Positions 13,363 to 25,825 of a DNA stretch of 64,000 nucleotides are shown piece by piece. The number at the start of each line of letters is the position of its first letter. The first letter of the stretch is position 1. Below the pieces are notes generated by a model. The model was not told the DNA's origin. It made no database searches and was given only the letters and a program-made list of their open reading frames with translations. Origin of the DNA: Squalus acanthias (taxonomy: Eukaryota); contig JASTWF010000350.1 in assembly GCA_030390025.1 (NCBI GenBank), forward strand, positions 124,001-188,000, read 5' to 3'. A program made the position numbers and the translations under genes.

Positions 13363-15547
13363 ATATGCTTAGAAGCGCAGGGCAAGGCTAGAATACTCAA
13401 TGAGTACTTTGTATCGATGTTTACTAAGGAGGTGGATGCTGACAAAATATCGGTAGAAGTGGAAAAGGTAGAAGCAATGGAAGGGGTGAAAATTGATAGA
13501 CAGGATGTACTAGAAAGGCTGGGTATGGTTAGAGTGGGTAAGTCGCCTGGTCCAGATGGCTTGCATCCCAGGTTGCTAAGGGAATTGGGGGAGGAGATAG
13601 CGGAAGGACTTGCCATAATTTTGCAATCTTTCCTAGATGTGGGGGAGATGCATGAGGATTGGAAAGTGGCAAATGTGACACCATTGTTCAAGAAAGGGTG
13701 TAAGGACAATCCTAGTAACTATAGGCCGGTTAGTTTAACATCAGTGGTGGGTAAAGTTTTAGAAACAATAATAAAGGACAAAATTAACGGGCACTTGGAG
13801 AGGTTTAAGCTAATTAAGGAGCGCCAACACGGATTTGTAAAAGGCAGATCTTGTTTGACTAATCTAATTGAATTTTTTGATGAAGTAACAGAGAGGATTG
13901 ATGAAGGGAATGCAATGGATGTTGTCTACATGGATTTTAGGAATGCGTTTGACAAAGTACCACATAGAAGGCTGGTTAACAAAATTGAGGCTCATGGATG
14001 GAATAGGTGGATCAGTGGCAGCTTGGATAAGGAATTGGCTTAAGGACAGAAAACAGTGAGTTGTGGTAAATGGCTGTTTTTCAGACTGGAGGATGATAGA
14101 CAGTGGTGTTCCCCAAGGGTCAGTGCTGGGGCCACTGCTTTTTTTGATATATATATAAATGACCTGGATACTGGAATACAGAGTAGAATTTCTAAATTTG
14201 CCTATGACACCAAACTTGGGGGTGTGGCAAACAGTGAGGATGATACCAATCGACTGCAACAGGACATAGAAAGGCTAGCAGAATGGGCAGACAAGTGGCA
14301 GATGGAATTTAATACAGAGAAATGTGAGGTGATGCATTTTGGGAGAAGGAACAGGGAGTGGCAATATACAGTTAATGACACAGTTTTAAAGGGTGTGCAG
14401 GGACAGAGGGACCTGGGAGTTAATGTGCATAGGTCCCTGAAGGTGGCAGGACATATTGAGAGAGTGGTTAGCAAAGCATATGGGATTTTGGGCTTCATAA
14501 ATAGAGGTATTGAGTACAAAAGTAGAGAAGTTATGCTGAACCTTTATAATGCGCTGGTTAGGCCACAACTGGAGTATTGCATCCAGTTCTGGTCACCACA
14601 CTTTAGGAAGGGTGTGAAGGCACTTGAGAGGGTGCAGAGGAGATTTACCAGAATGGTTCCGGGGATGGGGGATCTTAGCTACAAGGACAGGTTGGAGAAG
14701 CTGGATTTGTTTTCATTAGAGCAAAGGAGATTGAGGGGTGATTTGATAGAGGTGTACAAGATTATGACGGGTTTGGATAGGCTAGACGGGGAAAGGCTGT
14801 TTCCACTAGTTGATGGCACAAGGACTAGGGGACACAGATTTAAGGTTTTGGGCAAGAGATACGGGGGACGTGAGGAAAATTTTTTTTACGCAGCGAGTGG
14901 TGAGGACCTGGAACTCGCTGCTAACGGAAGTGGTGGAAGCGGAGACACTCAATGTTTTCAAGGGGTGACTGGATAGGCACTTGAGGGAAATAAACTTGCA
15001 GGGCTACGAGGATAGAGCGGGGGAATGGGTCTGACTGGATTGCTCTGCAGAAAGCCGGCGTGGATTCGATGGGCCGAATGGCCTCCTTCTGTGCCGTTAT
15101 GACTCTATGATTCTAAGAGGTCATCGACAGTGCTATTAAGCGACTCTTACCAATAACCTGCTCACTGATGCCCAGTTTGGGATTCGTCAGGACCACTCGG
15201 CTCCAGAACTCATTACAGCCTTGGTCCAAACATGTCAAACGAGCTGAATTCCAGAGGTGAGGTGAGAGTGACTGCCCTTGACATCAAGGCAGCATTTGAC
15301 CGAGTGTGGCATCAAGGAGCCCCAGTAAAACTGAAGTCAATGGGAATCAAGGGAAAGCTCTCCTCTGCCTGGAGTCATAACTAGCAGAAAGGAAGATGCG
15401 TGTGGTTGTTGGAGGTCAATCATCTCAGCCCCAGGACATCGCTGCAGGAGTTCCTCAGGACAGTGTCCTAGGCCCAACCATCTTCACTGCTTCATCAATG
15501 ACCTTTCCTCCATCATAAGGTCAGAAGTGGGGATGTTCGCTGATGAT

Positions 15548-15622
15548 CTCATCGAATGGCGGAGCAGGCTCGAGGGGCCGAATGGCCTACTCTGCTCCTA
15601 TCTTCTATGTTTCTATGTTTCT
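15548..15622 (+). mobile_element. 75-bp CR1 3'-end insertion
   Basis: GAATGGCGGAGCAGGCTCGAGGGGCCGAATGGCCTACT plus (TTCTATGT)n, flanked by ATGAT repeats (15543-15547, 15623-15627). Confidence 0.85.
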
Positions 15623-16440
15623 ATGATTGCACAGTGTTCAGTTCCATTCGCAACTCCTCAGATAATGAAGCAGTCCATGCCCACATGCAGCAAGACCTGG
15701 ACGACATTCAGGCTTGGGCTGATATGGGGCAAGTAACATTCCCCCACCATCTCCCACCATCAACATCCCAGGGTCACCATTGACCAGATACTTAACTGGA
15801 CCAGCCACATAAATACTGTGGCAACAAGAGCAGATCAGAGGCTAGGTATTCTGCGACGAGTGTCTCACCTCCTGACTCCCCAAAGCCTTTCCACCTTCTA
15901 CAAGGCACAAGTAAGGAGTGTGATGGAATACTCTCCACTTGCCTGGATGAGTGCAGCTCCAACAACACTCAAGAAGCTCGAAATCATCCAGGACAAAGCA
16001 GCCCGCTTGATTGGCACCCCATCCACCACCTTAAGCATTCACTCCCTCCACCACCGGCATACCGTGGGTGCAGTGTGTACCATCTACAAGATGCACTGCA
16101 GCAACTCACCAAGGCTTCTTCGGCAGCACCTCCCAAACCCGCGAGCTCTACCACCTAGAAGGACAAGAGCAACAAGTGCATGGGAACACTATCACTTCTA
16201 AATTCCCCATAAACTTAGACAGTATCATGACTTGGAAATATATCGCTGTTCCTTCATCATCGCTGGGTCAAAGTCCTGGAACTCCATCCCTAACAGCACT
16301 GTGGGATTACCTTCACCACACGGACTGCAGCAGTTCAAGAAGGTGGCTCACCACCACCTTCTCGAGGGCAATTAGGGATGGGCAATAAATGCTGACCTTG
16401 CCAGCAACGTCCACATTCCATAATGAATTAAAAAAAATCC

Positions 16441-16522
16441 TCCATAGTCATGGTAACATCCCTAGTCATGGTCACCTCCCAAGTCATGGTCACTTCCCTA
16501 GTCATGGTAACCTCCCGAGTCA
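16441..16522. repeat. First units of the 18-bp minisatellite, cut off from the main array by a LINE insertion
   Basis: 4-5 CCTCCCTAGTCATGGTCA-like units. Confidence 0.85.
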
Positions 16523-19514
16523 TTTAAAAAAAAATTCGCTTATGGGATCTGGGCGTCGCTGGCAAGGCCAGCATTTATTGCCCATCCTTAATTGCCCTTC
16601 AGAAGGTGATGGTGAGCTGCCTTCTTGAACCGCTACAGTCCGTGGGGTGAAGGTACTCCCACAGTGCTGTTAGGTAGGGAGTTCCAGGATTATGACCCAG
16701 CGACGATGAAGGATCGGTGATATACTTCTAAGTCAGGATGGTGTGCGACTTGGAGGGGAACTTGGAGGTGGTGGTGTTCCCATGCGCCTGCTGCCCTTGT
16801 CCCTCTAGGTGGAAGTGGTCGCGGGTTTGGGAGGTGCTGCTGAAGAAGCCTTGGCGAGTTGCTGCAGTGCATCTTGTAGATAGTACACACTGCACCCACC
16901 ATACGCCAGTGGTGGAGTGAGTGAATATTTAAGGTGGTGGATGGGGTGCCAATCAAACGGGCTGCTTTGTCCTGGATGGGGTCGAGCTTCTTGAGTGTTG
17001 TTGGAGCTGCAGTCATCCAGGCAAGTGGAGAGCATTCCATCACACTCCTGACTTGTGCCTTGTAGATGGTGGAAAGGCTTTGGGGAGTCAGGAGGTGAGA
17101 CACTCGTCGCAGAATACCTAGCCTCTGAACTGCTCTTGTTGGCACAGTATTTATGTGGCTGGTCCAGTTAAGTTTCTGGTTAATGGTGACCCCCAGGATG
17201 TAGATGGTGGGGGATTCGGCGATGGTAATGCCGTTGAATGTCAAGCGGAGGTGGTCAGACTCTCACTTGTTGGAGATAGTCATTGCCTGGCACTTCTGTG
17301 GCGCGAATGTTACCTGCCACTTATCAGCCCAAGCCTGAACGTCATCCAGGTCTTGTTGCATGCGGGCATGGACTGCTTCATTATCTGAGGAGTTGTGAAT
17401 GGCACTGAACACTGTGCAGTCACCGGCAAACATCCCCATTTTTGACCTTATGTTGGAGGGAAGGTCATTGATGAAGCAACTGAAGATGGTTGGGCCTAGG
17501 ACACTGCCCTGAGGAACTCCTGCAGCGATGTCCTGGGGCTGTGATGATTGACCTTCAATCACCACAACCATCATCCTTTGTGCTAGGTATGACTCCAGCC
17601 AGTGGAGCGTTTTCCCCTGATTCCCATTGACTTCAGTTTTACTAGGGCTCCTTGATGCCACACTCGGTCAAATGCTGCCTTGATGTCAAGGGCAGTCACT
17701 CTCACCTCACCTCTGGAATTCAGCTCCTTTGTCCATGTTTGGACCAAGGCTGTTATGAGTTCGGGAGCCGAGTGGTCTTGGCGGAACCCAAACTGGGCAT
17801 CTGTGAGCAAGTTATTGGTGAGTAAGTGCTACTTGATAGCACTGTCGATGACTACTTCCATCACTTTGCTGATGATTGAAAGTAGACTGATGGGTAGTTA
17901 ATTGGCCGGATTGGATTTCTCCTGCTTTTTGTGGACAGGACTTACCTGGGCAGTTTTCCACATTGTCGGATAGATGCCAGTGTTGTAGCTGTACTGGAAC
18001 AGCTTGGCTAGAGGCGCGGCTAGTTCTGGAGCACAAGTCTTCAGCACAATAGCCGGCATGTTGTCGGGGCCCATAGCCTTTGCTGTATCCAGTGCGCTCA
18101 GCCGTTTCTTGATATCACGTGGAGTGAATCGAATTGACTGAAGATTGGCTTCTGTGATGATGGGGACCTCGGGAGTAGGCCGATATGAATCATCCACTCG
18201 GTACTTCTGGCTGAAGTCGGTTGCAAATGTTTCAGCCTTGTCTTTTGCACTCATGTGCTGGATGGGGATCATTGAGGATGGGGATATTCATGGAGCCTCC
18301 TCCTCCCGTTAGTTATTTAATGGTCCACCACCATTCACGATTGGATGTGGCAGGACTGCAGAGCTTTGATCTGATCCGTTGATTGTGGGATCGCTTAGCC
18401 CTGTCTATAGCATGCTGCTTCCGCTTTTTAGCATGCATGTAGTCCTGTGTTGCAGCTCCCCAGGTTGGCACCTCATTTTTAGGTATGCCTGGTGCTGCTC
18501 CCGGCATGCTCTTCTACACTCCTTATTGAACCAAGGTTGGTCCCCTGGCTTGGTGGTAATGGTAGAGTGAGGGATATGCCGGGCCATGAGGTTACAGATT
18601 GTGGTGGAATACAATTCTGCTACTGCTGATGTCCCACAGCGCCTCATGGATGCCCAGTTTTGAGCTGCTAGATCTGTTCTGAATCTATCCCATTGAGCAT
18701 GGCGGTAGCGCCACACAACACGATGGGGGGTGTTCTCAGTGTGAAGACAGGACTTCGTCTCCACAATGACTGTGCGGTGGTCACTACTACCAATGCTTTC
18801 ATGGACAGATGCATCTGTGACAGTTAGATTGGTGAGGACGAGGTCAAGTAGGTTTTTCCCTCGTGTCGGTTCTCTCACCACCTGTCGCAAGCCCAGACTG
18901 GCAGGTATGTCCTTCAGGACTCAGCCAGCTTGGTCAGTAGTGGTGTTACCGAGCCACTCTTGGTGATGGACATTGAAGTCCCCCACCCAGAGTACATTCT
19001 GTGCCCTTGCTACTCTCAGTGCTTCTTCCAAGTGGTGTTCAACATGGAGGAGTACTGATTGAGAGTCATAGAGTCATAGGGGGAAAAATTCAGTTGGTTG
19101 CGCCTCCCGTTAGCGCCTAGACATTGTGCGGCGGCGCTAAACTTTACCGCCGCGACCACCTGCGCGCGCAGATTGTGACATCATTCCATGGTGCAACGCC
19201 CTTGTGGCGCCCCGGAGCGGAAATTGAGTGGCGCCCCCTGCCTTACCGCCTGGCGCATCCAACGACCGGAAGACTGGAACGCTATCAATCGCTGTGGGGC
19301 TGGGGGGGGCACTATTTAAAGGGGGCCTCTTCCTGTCTTTTTCTGTGGTTGACATTTATGCACCACTCGCTCTGAGAGAGAGAGAGAGATTCGGAGAGAG
19401 AGAAAGAGAGACTTCTGCATTGAGTCAATGCTTTGTGAGGTAGTTTTGCCTACTGATCCTAACTTCACTGGTACTTTGGTTGCTGTCCTTCATAACTTTG
19501 CTTGCAAAGAGACT

Positions 19515-20675
19515 ATGGGGGCTGCACTGAATGGGGGCGTCGTCCTGCTCCAGCTGAATCGGAGGACACAGAGACGCAGAGAGAGAGTGGCAATGATGGC
19601 CAGACGGAGGAGGGCCAACAGGCGTATGTACAGGAGAGCTTACCCTCCCAGGGTATATCGTGAACAGCTCTCCTACATTCATATGTCTGAGGAGCTGTGT
19701 TTACGAAGGCTGCGATTCAGCAAGGAGGTGGTCACTGAGCTCTGCCGCCTGCTGCAGCCAGATCTGCAGCCTCAACTGAGGTCCAGGACGTCTCTGTCGG
19801 TGGCAGTGAAGGTCACAGTGGCTCTCAACTTCTATGCTACTGGCTCATTTCAAGCTACTGCTGGGGACCTCGCCAATATCTCCCAGTTCGCGGTGCATTG
19901 CTGCATCCGGCAGGTCACAAATGCCCTCTTTAAAAGGAGACGAGAGTTCATCTCTTTCCTCATGACCCTAGACAAGCAGCGTGACCGCGCTCTGGGCTTT
20001 GCGAGGATAGCGGGCTTCCCCATGGTGCAGGGCGCCATTGACTGCACGCATGTGGCTTTGCGTGCTCCACATGAGAATGCCGAGGAATTCCGGAACAGAA
20101 AGGGGTTCCATTCCTTGAATGTTCAGTTGGTCTGTGACCACAGACAGCTGATACTCGCTGTCAATGCCCACTATCCTGGCAGCTGCCACGATGCTTTCAT
20201 CCTGCGCCAGACTACTGTGGCAGAACTTTTCGAGGCACCGCATCAGCCAGTTGGTTGGCTTCTCGGGGACAAGGGGTATCCATTGAGCACCTGGCTGATG
20301 ACACCGCTCCGTACGCCCAACACCCCTGCTGAGCTGCGGTACAACGAGAGCCATCAAGCTACCAGGAACATCATTGAGCGCACAATCGGCGTGCTGAAGC
20401 AACGGTTCCTCTGTCTCGACCATTCTGGAGGAGCCCTGCAGTACTCGCCTGAGCGAGTATCTAACTTCGTAGTTGTGTGCTGCATGTTGCATAACATGGC
20501 AATCGTCAGGACCCAGCCAATGCCACCAGGCCTTGGAGCACCACCAGAGGAGGAGGAGGAAGAGGAGGAAGAGGACGAGGAGGATGATCATCAGCAGCAC
20601 CAAGGCGGGAGGGCGGCCCACAATGGTGAAACTGCAAGGGCCGTCCGTCAACGGCTGATAGCAAGCCGCTTCTAG
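19515..20675 (+). CDS. Harbinger DDE transposase (HARBI1-like), 386 aa, uninterrupted
   Basis: FYATGSFQ, GAIDCTHV, NRKGFHSLNVQ, HDA, LLGDKGYP, IERTIGVLKQRF, CCMLHN; TATA-like CTATTTAAA at ~19312. Confidence 0.92.
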   Translation: MGAALNGGVVLLQLNRRTQRRRERVAMMARRRRANRRMYRRAYPPRVYREQLSYIHMSEELCLRRLRFSKEVVTELCRLLQPDLQPQLRSRTSLSVAVKVTVALNFYATGSFQATAGDLANISQFAVHCCIRQVTNALFKRRREFISFLMTLDKQRDRALGFARIAGFPMVQGAIDCTHVALRAPHENAEEFRNRKGFHSLNVQLVCDHRQLILAVNAHYPGSCHDAFILRQTTVAELFEAPHQPVGWLLGDKGYPLSTWLMTPLRTPNTPAELRYNESHQATRNIIERTIGVLKQRFLCLDHSGGALQYSPERVSNFVVVCCMLHNMAIVRTQPMPPGLGAPPEEEEEEEEEDEEDDHQQHQGGRAAHNGETARAVRQRLIASRF

Positions 20676-20987
20676 GGCCCCTGCTGTGGAAATGGCTTCT
20701 GCCATTGCTAACAACATCAATGAACACAGCACGCAACCCCTAAGCCGGCCAAGGCACCAATGATTCCAAACACCAAACATGTATATTTTGAATACAAAAA
20801 CTTATTTATTTTACAAACTCTGTGTGTGTCATTTCCTCATGACAAACTCATAGAAATAAACACAAAAAAACAGTCATTAACATAACTGGTTCTCACAACC
20901 TGGAGATAATGTCCAAAACACTAGACAAAAGTTGGACCACGAACCTCAGCCTTTAATAAAAAAATGACCAGCATTTTGTCACACCTC

Positions 20988-22808
20988 CTACTTTTTGCCC
21001 TTCGAGGGTGATCTCCTTCCCTTGCGCACTTCCCCCCTTCTAACCCTACTGCTCCTCCGTAATGGGACCTCAGTGGCTGCAGCAAGGCTGGTGGAAGGCT
21101 GCTGATTGTCAGACCCTGACACTGCAGATGCCCCTGAAGGACGGCCTCGACCAGTTCTGGGCCTGGAGGGCCCGGCTGCAGACTGCACCAACTCTGCATG
21201 GGAAGCAGCAGTCTGTCCTACAGGCGGTGGCAAGTGCAGTGGAGAAGTGACAGTGTTGGCAGCAGGAATGCTGTCATCGTGAGAGAGGACAGCAACTCCC
21301 TGCTCGACCGACACACTGGCACTCCCACGGGGCAGCACTTCAGCATCCGGAGCAATCTGCTGGAGCACAGATTGCTGGCCTGCTGCGGCGTGGTGAGAGC
21401 CCCGGGGACATGTGAACGAACCATCGAGAGTGGCAGCAGTCAGTGCTCACGTGGCCTCAATCTGAGTCTGCATGAGAGCAGTCAGAGATGGGATCACGGC
21501 AGTCAGTGACTGAATTGCAGCACTAAGCTTTAGTGTAGCATCCGCCTGTGCTACAGCGAAGTGCTCTACACTCCTTGCCAGTGACTCAATGCATTCGGGC
21601 ACCCTTCCCACTGCACCCATGAGCTCAGTGTGCATGCCCACCGCCTGGGTGTTCATTTCTGCGATCAGCCGCTCCTCCTCTGCGTCCATTGCAGTAGGAG
21701 TCGCTGGCATACTCTCCCTCTGGGGAGAAGGCCCCCGTTCTTCCCTAACCCATGGCGTTGCTGCAGCCCGCTGGGTCCTGGAGCTTCACCCTCATCAGAC
21801 CCTTCCCCCCTGCTCCCCTCCAGGGAAGGCGTGTTCCCAGTGTGGGAACATGGGCTTCCTCGGGAGAGGGTGGCACTGATGCTCCGGCTTCCTCTTCCTC
21901 CTCGGCTGCAGCATCACTCCCACTGGCAGCTTCAGGGCCCGTCTCCTCAGCTGGTGAATCACCATCTGAAAGCAGGGAGGTACAAGAGTGGCTTTAGCGT
22001 GAGGACAGGGTGGCAGTAAGGGAGGAATAAGTGCAGCGAGTTAGCAAGTTGGATTGAAAGTGTCAAAGGCTGGTGTTGTGAGGGACAAGTGGAAGGACAG
22101 AGGACAAAAAGGTGATGACCTTACCATTGCTGTCCAGAACGGGGTCGGCGTCTCCAGTGGCGACGGGACCGATCACCCGGCTTGCCACAATCCTGTGGAC
22201 GCGCTCCTCAAGATCGCTGAGGGGTTGCAGCTGAGGCCGCCCTCCACCTGTCCGTTGCTGCTGTCTCCTATTATGCGCCAGCTTGGCCTGCAAGAAAAAG
22301 GACAGCATCTGAGTAAATATACAGCCATGGTCTTGCCTGATGTGCCTCCCATAGGTGAATAGCCCTTACTGTATACAGCCATGGTCTTGCCTGATGTGCC
22401 TCCCATAGGTGAATAGCCCTTACTGTATGCAAAGTGTGGAATGTGTGTGTGTGTTTCATGAAAGGGCCATAGGTGTTGGATGAGTGTTGTGCATTGGGGT
22501 TTTAAGACCCTCTGGCCATAGAGTGAGGTTGAGATGGAGGGATGGAGAGGTATTGAGAAAAAGCCACTCACCCTGACGACCCGAGTGAGGTCGTTGAACT
22601 TTTTGCGGCATTGAACATGGGTCCTGGGCACCATGCTCCTGGAGGAGACGCTCTGAGCCACCTCCCTCCACACTCTTCTGTACTCGCGTGGCAAAGGCCT
22701 CCTGCCACTCTCAGGGAAGAGTATAGATCTTCTGCGCTCCACCGCGCCAACCAGAGCATCCAAGGCCCGCTCGGTGAAGCGCTGAGCTCGTTCTCTCACC
22801 CTCTCCAT
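20988..22808 (-). pseudogene. Harbinger Myb/SANT-like gene, 3 exons (22808-22572, 22287-22125, 21965-20988); exon 3 disrupted
   Basis: MERVRERAQRFTERAL...WREVA...QCRKKFNDL; GT-AG introns in consistent phase (0, 1); apparent frameshifts near 21840 and 21740 and an in-frame TGA at 21447. Confidence 0.8.
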
Positions 22809-24087
22809 CCTTGGCAGCAAAATGGATTCACAGGTCTCTCCAGGCTGAGATTCAAGGCTGCAATGAGCAGGGTGTGGCTGGGGAGCAAGTTGGCCCCCCC
22901 CCTTTAAGAACTGGCCGGCGCCAGTGTGTCTGTGTTCCCTCGCTAACTGGCAGCACCTGCGCTGTGCTCGCGCGCTGAGTTAGCGCCTCACTGCTCGGCC
23001 TTTGCGCCTTAAGACAGATGTGCAGCGCCTGATTTAGCGCTCCACTCACCTCCCGGGGCGGTAAAAGTGAAGTTTCCAGTCAGTGGCGATAATTAGCGCC
23101 AGGCGCTAATTTTTGCGTCCGGACGATATTTGCGCCCCAAATGGGGCGCGACCTAATTTTTCCCCCATAGAGTTATACAGCACAGAAAGAGGCCCTTCGG
23201 CCCATTGTGTCCATGCCGGCCATCAATCCCTTTCTATTCTTATCCCATTTTCCAGCACTTGGTCCGTAGCCTTGTATGCTATGGCGTTTCAAGTGCTCAT
23301 CTAAATGCTTCTTGAATGTTGTGAGTTTTCCTGCCTCTACCACCCTTTCAGGCAGTGAGTTCCAGATTCCAACCACCCTCTGGGTGAAAAAGTTTTTCCT
23401 CAAATCCCCTCTAAACCTCCTGTCCCTTACCTTGAAACTATGCCCCCTGGTTATTGACCCCTCTACTAAGGGGAAAAGTTCCTATCTATTTACCCTATCT
23501 ATGCCCCTCATAATTTTGTACTCCTCAATCAGGTCCCCCCTCAGCCTTCTCTGCTCCAAGGAAAACAACCCCAGCCTGTCCAGTCTCTCTTCATAGCTGA
23601 AGCGCTCCAGCCCAGGAAACATCCTGGTTAATCTCCTCTGCACCCTCTCCAATGCAATCACATCCCTCCTATAGTGTGGTGACCAGAACTGCACACTGTA
23701 TTGCAGCTGTGGCCCAACTAGCATTTTGTACAGCTCCATCATAACCTCCCTGCTCTTATATTCTATGCCTCGGCTAATGAAGGCAAGTATCCCATATGCC
23801 TTTTTAACCACCTTATCTACCTGTCCTGCTGCCTTCAGGGATCTATGTACATGCACACCAAGGTCCCTCTGATCCTCTGTCCTTCATAGGATCCTATAAT
23901 TCATTGTGTATTCCCTTGCCTTGTTAGTCCTCCCAAAATGCATCACCTCACACTTTTCAGGGTTAAATTCCATTTGCCACTGTTCTGCCCATCTGACCAA
24001 CCCGTCTATATCATCCTGTAGCCTGAGGCTTCCCTCCTCGCTATTTACCACTCCACCAATTTTCGTGTCATCTGCGAACTTACTGAT

Positions 24088-24314
24088 TGACGTAAGAAAA
24101 CTACTAGGCACTTGGTCTAAGCGTTAAACAAAGCTTTAATCAACTGTTTTACAACGTGGAGGTCCAGTTGTGTCCTTCACTGTTTCCTGTTAAGAATGTC
24201 CTGCGCAAGCTGGGCCCGTGCCCGTGTATTTATACTCTCCCTGGACAGCGCCACCAGCAGGCCGCCCAGTATTATTTCATAAGTCATTTTCCATGAATGA
24301 CAAGATTCATGTCA
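24088..24314 (-). mobile_element. 227-bp solo LTR
   Basis: TGAC...GTCA ends, 5-bp TSD CTGAT, minus-strand TATAAATA and ATTAAA. Confidence 0.8.
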
Positions 24315-25825
24315 CTGATCATACCTTCTACATTCATATCTAAATTATTAATGTACACTACAAACAGCAAAGGACCCAGCACCGATCCCTGCGGTTCACC
24401 ACTGGACACAGGCTTCCAGTCACAAAAACAACCTTCGACCATCACCCTCTGCCTCCTGCCACTAAGCCAATTTTGGATCCAATGTGCCAAGTTGCCCTGG
24501 ATCCCATGGGCTCTTACCTTCTTGACCAGTCTCCCATGTGGGACTTTGTCAAAAGCCTTACTGAAGTCCATGTAGACTACATCAACTGCACTACCCTCAT
24601 CCACGCACCTAGTCACCCCCTCGAAAAATTCAATCAAAATTGGTTAGACATGATCTCCCCCTGACAAAGCCATGCTGACTATCCTTGATTAATCCTTGCC
24701 TCTCCAAGTGGAGACTAATTCTGTCCCTCAGAATTTTTTCCAATAATTTCCCTACCACTGATGTTAGACTCACTGGCCTGTAATTCCCTGGTTTATCCCT
24801 ACTACCCTTTTTGAATAATGGTACTACGTTAGCTGTTCTCCAGTCCTCTGGCACCTCCCCTGTGGCCAGAGAGGTTCTGAAAATTTGTGTCAGAGCCCCT
24901 GCAATCTCCTCCCTTGCCTCACACAGCAGCCTGGGATACATCTCGTCTCAGCCTGGGGATTTATCCACTTTTAAGCCCGCTAAAACCGCTAGTACCTCCT
25001 CCCTCTCAATATTAATTTGTTCAAGTATATCACAATCCCCCTGCCTGATTTCTATGCCTACATCGTCCTTCTCCATAGTGAACACAAATGCAAAATATTC
25101 ATTTAAAACCTCACCCACATCTTCCGGCTCTACACACAGATTGCCACTTTGGTCCCTAATGGGCCCTACTCTTTCCCTGGTTATCCTCTTGCCCTTAATA
25201 TACTTATAAAACACCTTGGGATTTTCCTTTATTTTGCCTGCCAGTGTTTTTTCATGCCCCCTCTTCGCTCTCCTAATTTCTTTTTATGTACCCCCCTGCA
25301 CTTTCTATACTCCTCTAGGGCTTCCACTGTTTTTAGTCCTTTGTATCTGCCAAAAGCCTCCCTTTTATTCCTAATTCATTCTTATATATCCCTTGACATC
25401 CAGGGTTCCCTGGGCTTGTTGGTGCCACCCTTGACCTTTACGGGAACATGTTGGCATTGTACTCTCTCTATTTCCTTTCAGAAAGACTCCCACTGCTCTG
25501 ATGTGGATTTTCCTACAAGTAGCTGATCCAAGTCCACTTTGGCCAGATCCTGCCTTATCATATTAAAATCGGCCTTCCCCCAATTTAGAACTTTTATTTC
25601 CAGTCCATCTTTGTCCTTTTCCATGACTACCTTAAATCTCACCGAATTATGGTCACTGTCACCTAAATACTCTCCTACTGACACTTCTACCACTTGCCCG
25701 GCTACATTGCCTAGAATTAGGTCATCAAATTCATCAGCTGAGGGAGGGCAGTAGGTGGTAATCAGCAGGAGGTTTCCTTGCCCATGCTTGACGTCAAGCC
25801 ATGAGAGTCATGGGGTCTGGAGTCA

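Larger units (their letters stand above)
9768..15110 (+). mobile_element. Full-length CR1 LINE (5'UTR, ORF1, degenerate ORF2, tail) with a nested CR1 at 12260-13362
   Basis: ORF2 reads IRDKEGDI|CLEAQGKARILNEYF across the nested insert; tail TATGACTCTATGATTCTA at ~15100. Confidence 0.9.
8165..16437 (+). mobile_element. CR1-group LINE 'family B' (APE-RT, degenerate), interrupted at 9768-15115 and 15548-15622
   Basis: DIVILTESYL, LDLVLTN, SDH, NYRPISLL, DIKAAFDRVWH, FADD, YKAQVRSVMEYSPLAW. The sequence joins across the CR1 insertion (AGCAAAGTGA|...GTCATCGACAGTG). Ends with AATAAA and an A-tail at ~16430. Confidence 0.9.
19079..23166. mobile_element. Full-length Harbinger/PIF DNA transposon (4088 bp)
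   Basis: Perfect 12-bp TIR GGGGGAAAAATT/AATTTTTCCCCC, 3-bp TSD ATA (19076-19078, 23167-23169), convergent transposase and Myb/SANT genes. Confidence 0.95.
19061..25728 (-). mobile_element. CR1 LINE (5'-truncated ORF2) with a Harbinger in its tail and a solo LTR in its RT region
   Basis: (GAGTCATA)n tail split at 19078/23167; EN and RT ORF fragments at 23173-25693. Confidence 0.9.
16523..25825 (-). mobile_element. LINE family B, 5'-truncated, interrupted at 19061-25728
   Basis: Reverse complement of the 8165-16437 element; GGAGTACTGATT (19060) joins CATCAGCTGAGGGAGG (25732). Confidence 0.9.

Noticed and set aside
19515..20675. Domesticated host gene HARBI1
   Set aside because: Lies inside TIRs and a TSD with a partner Myb gene, inserted in a CR1 tail, so it is a transposon gene.
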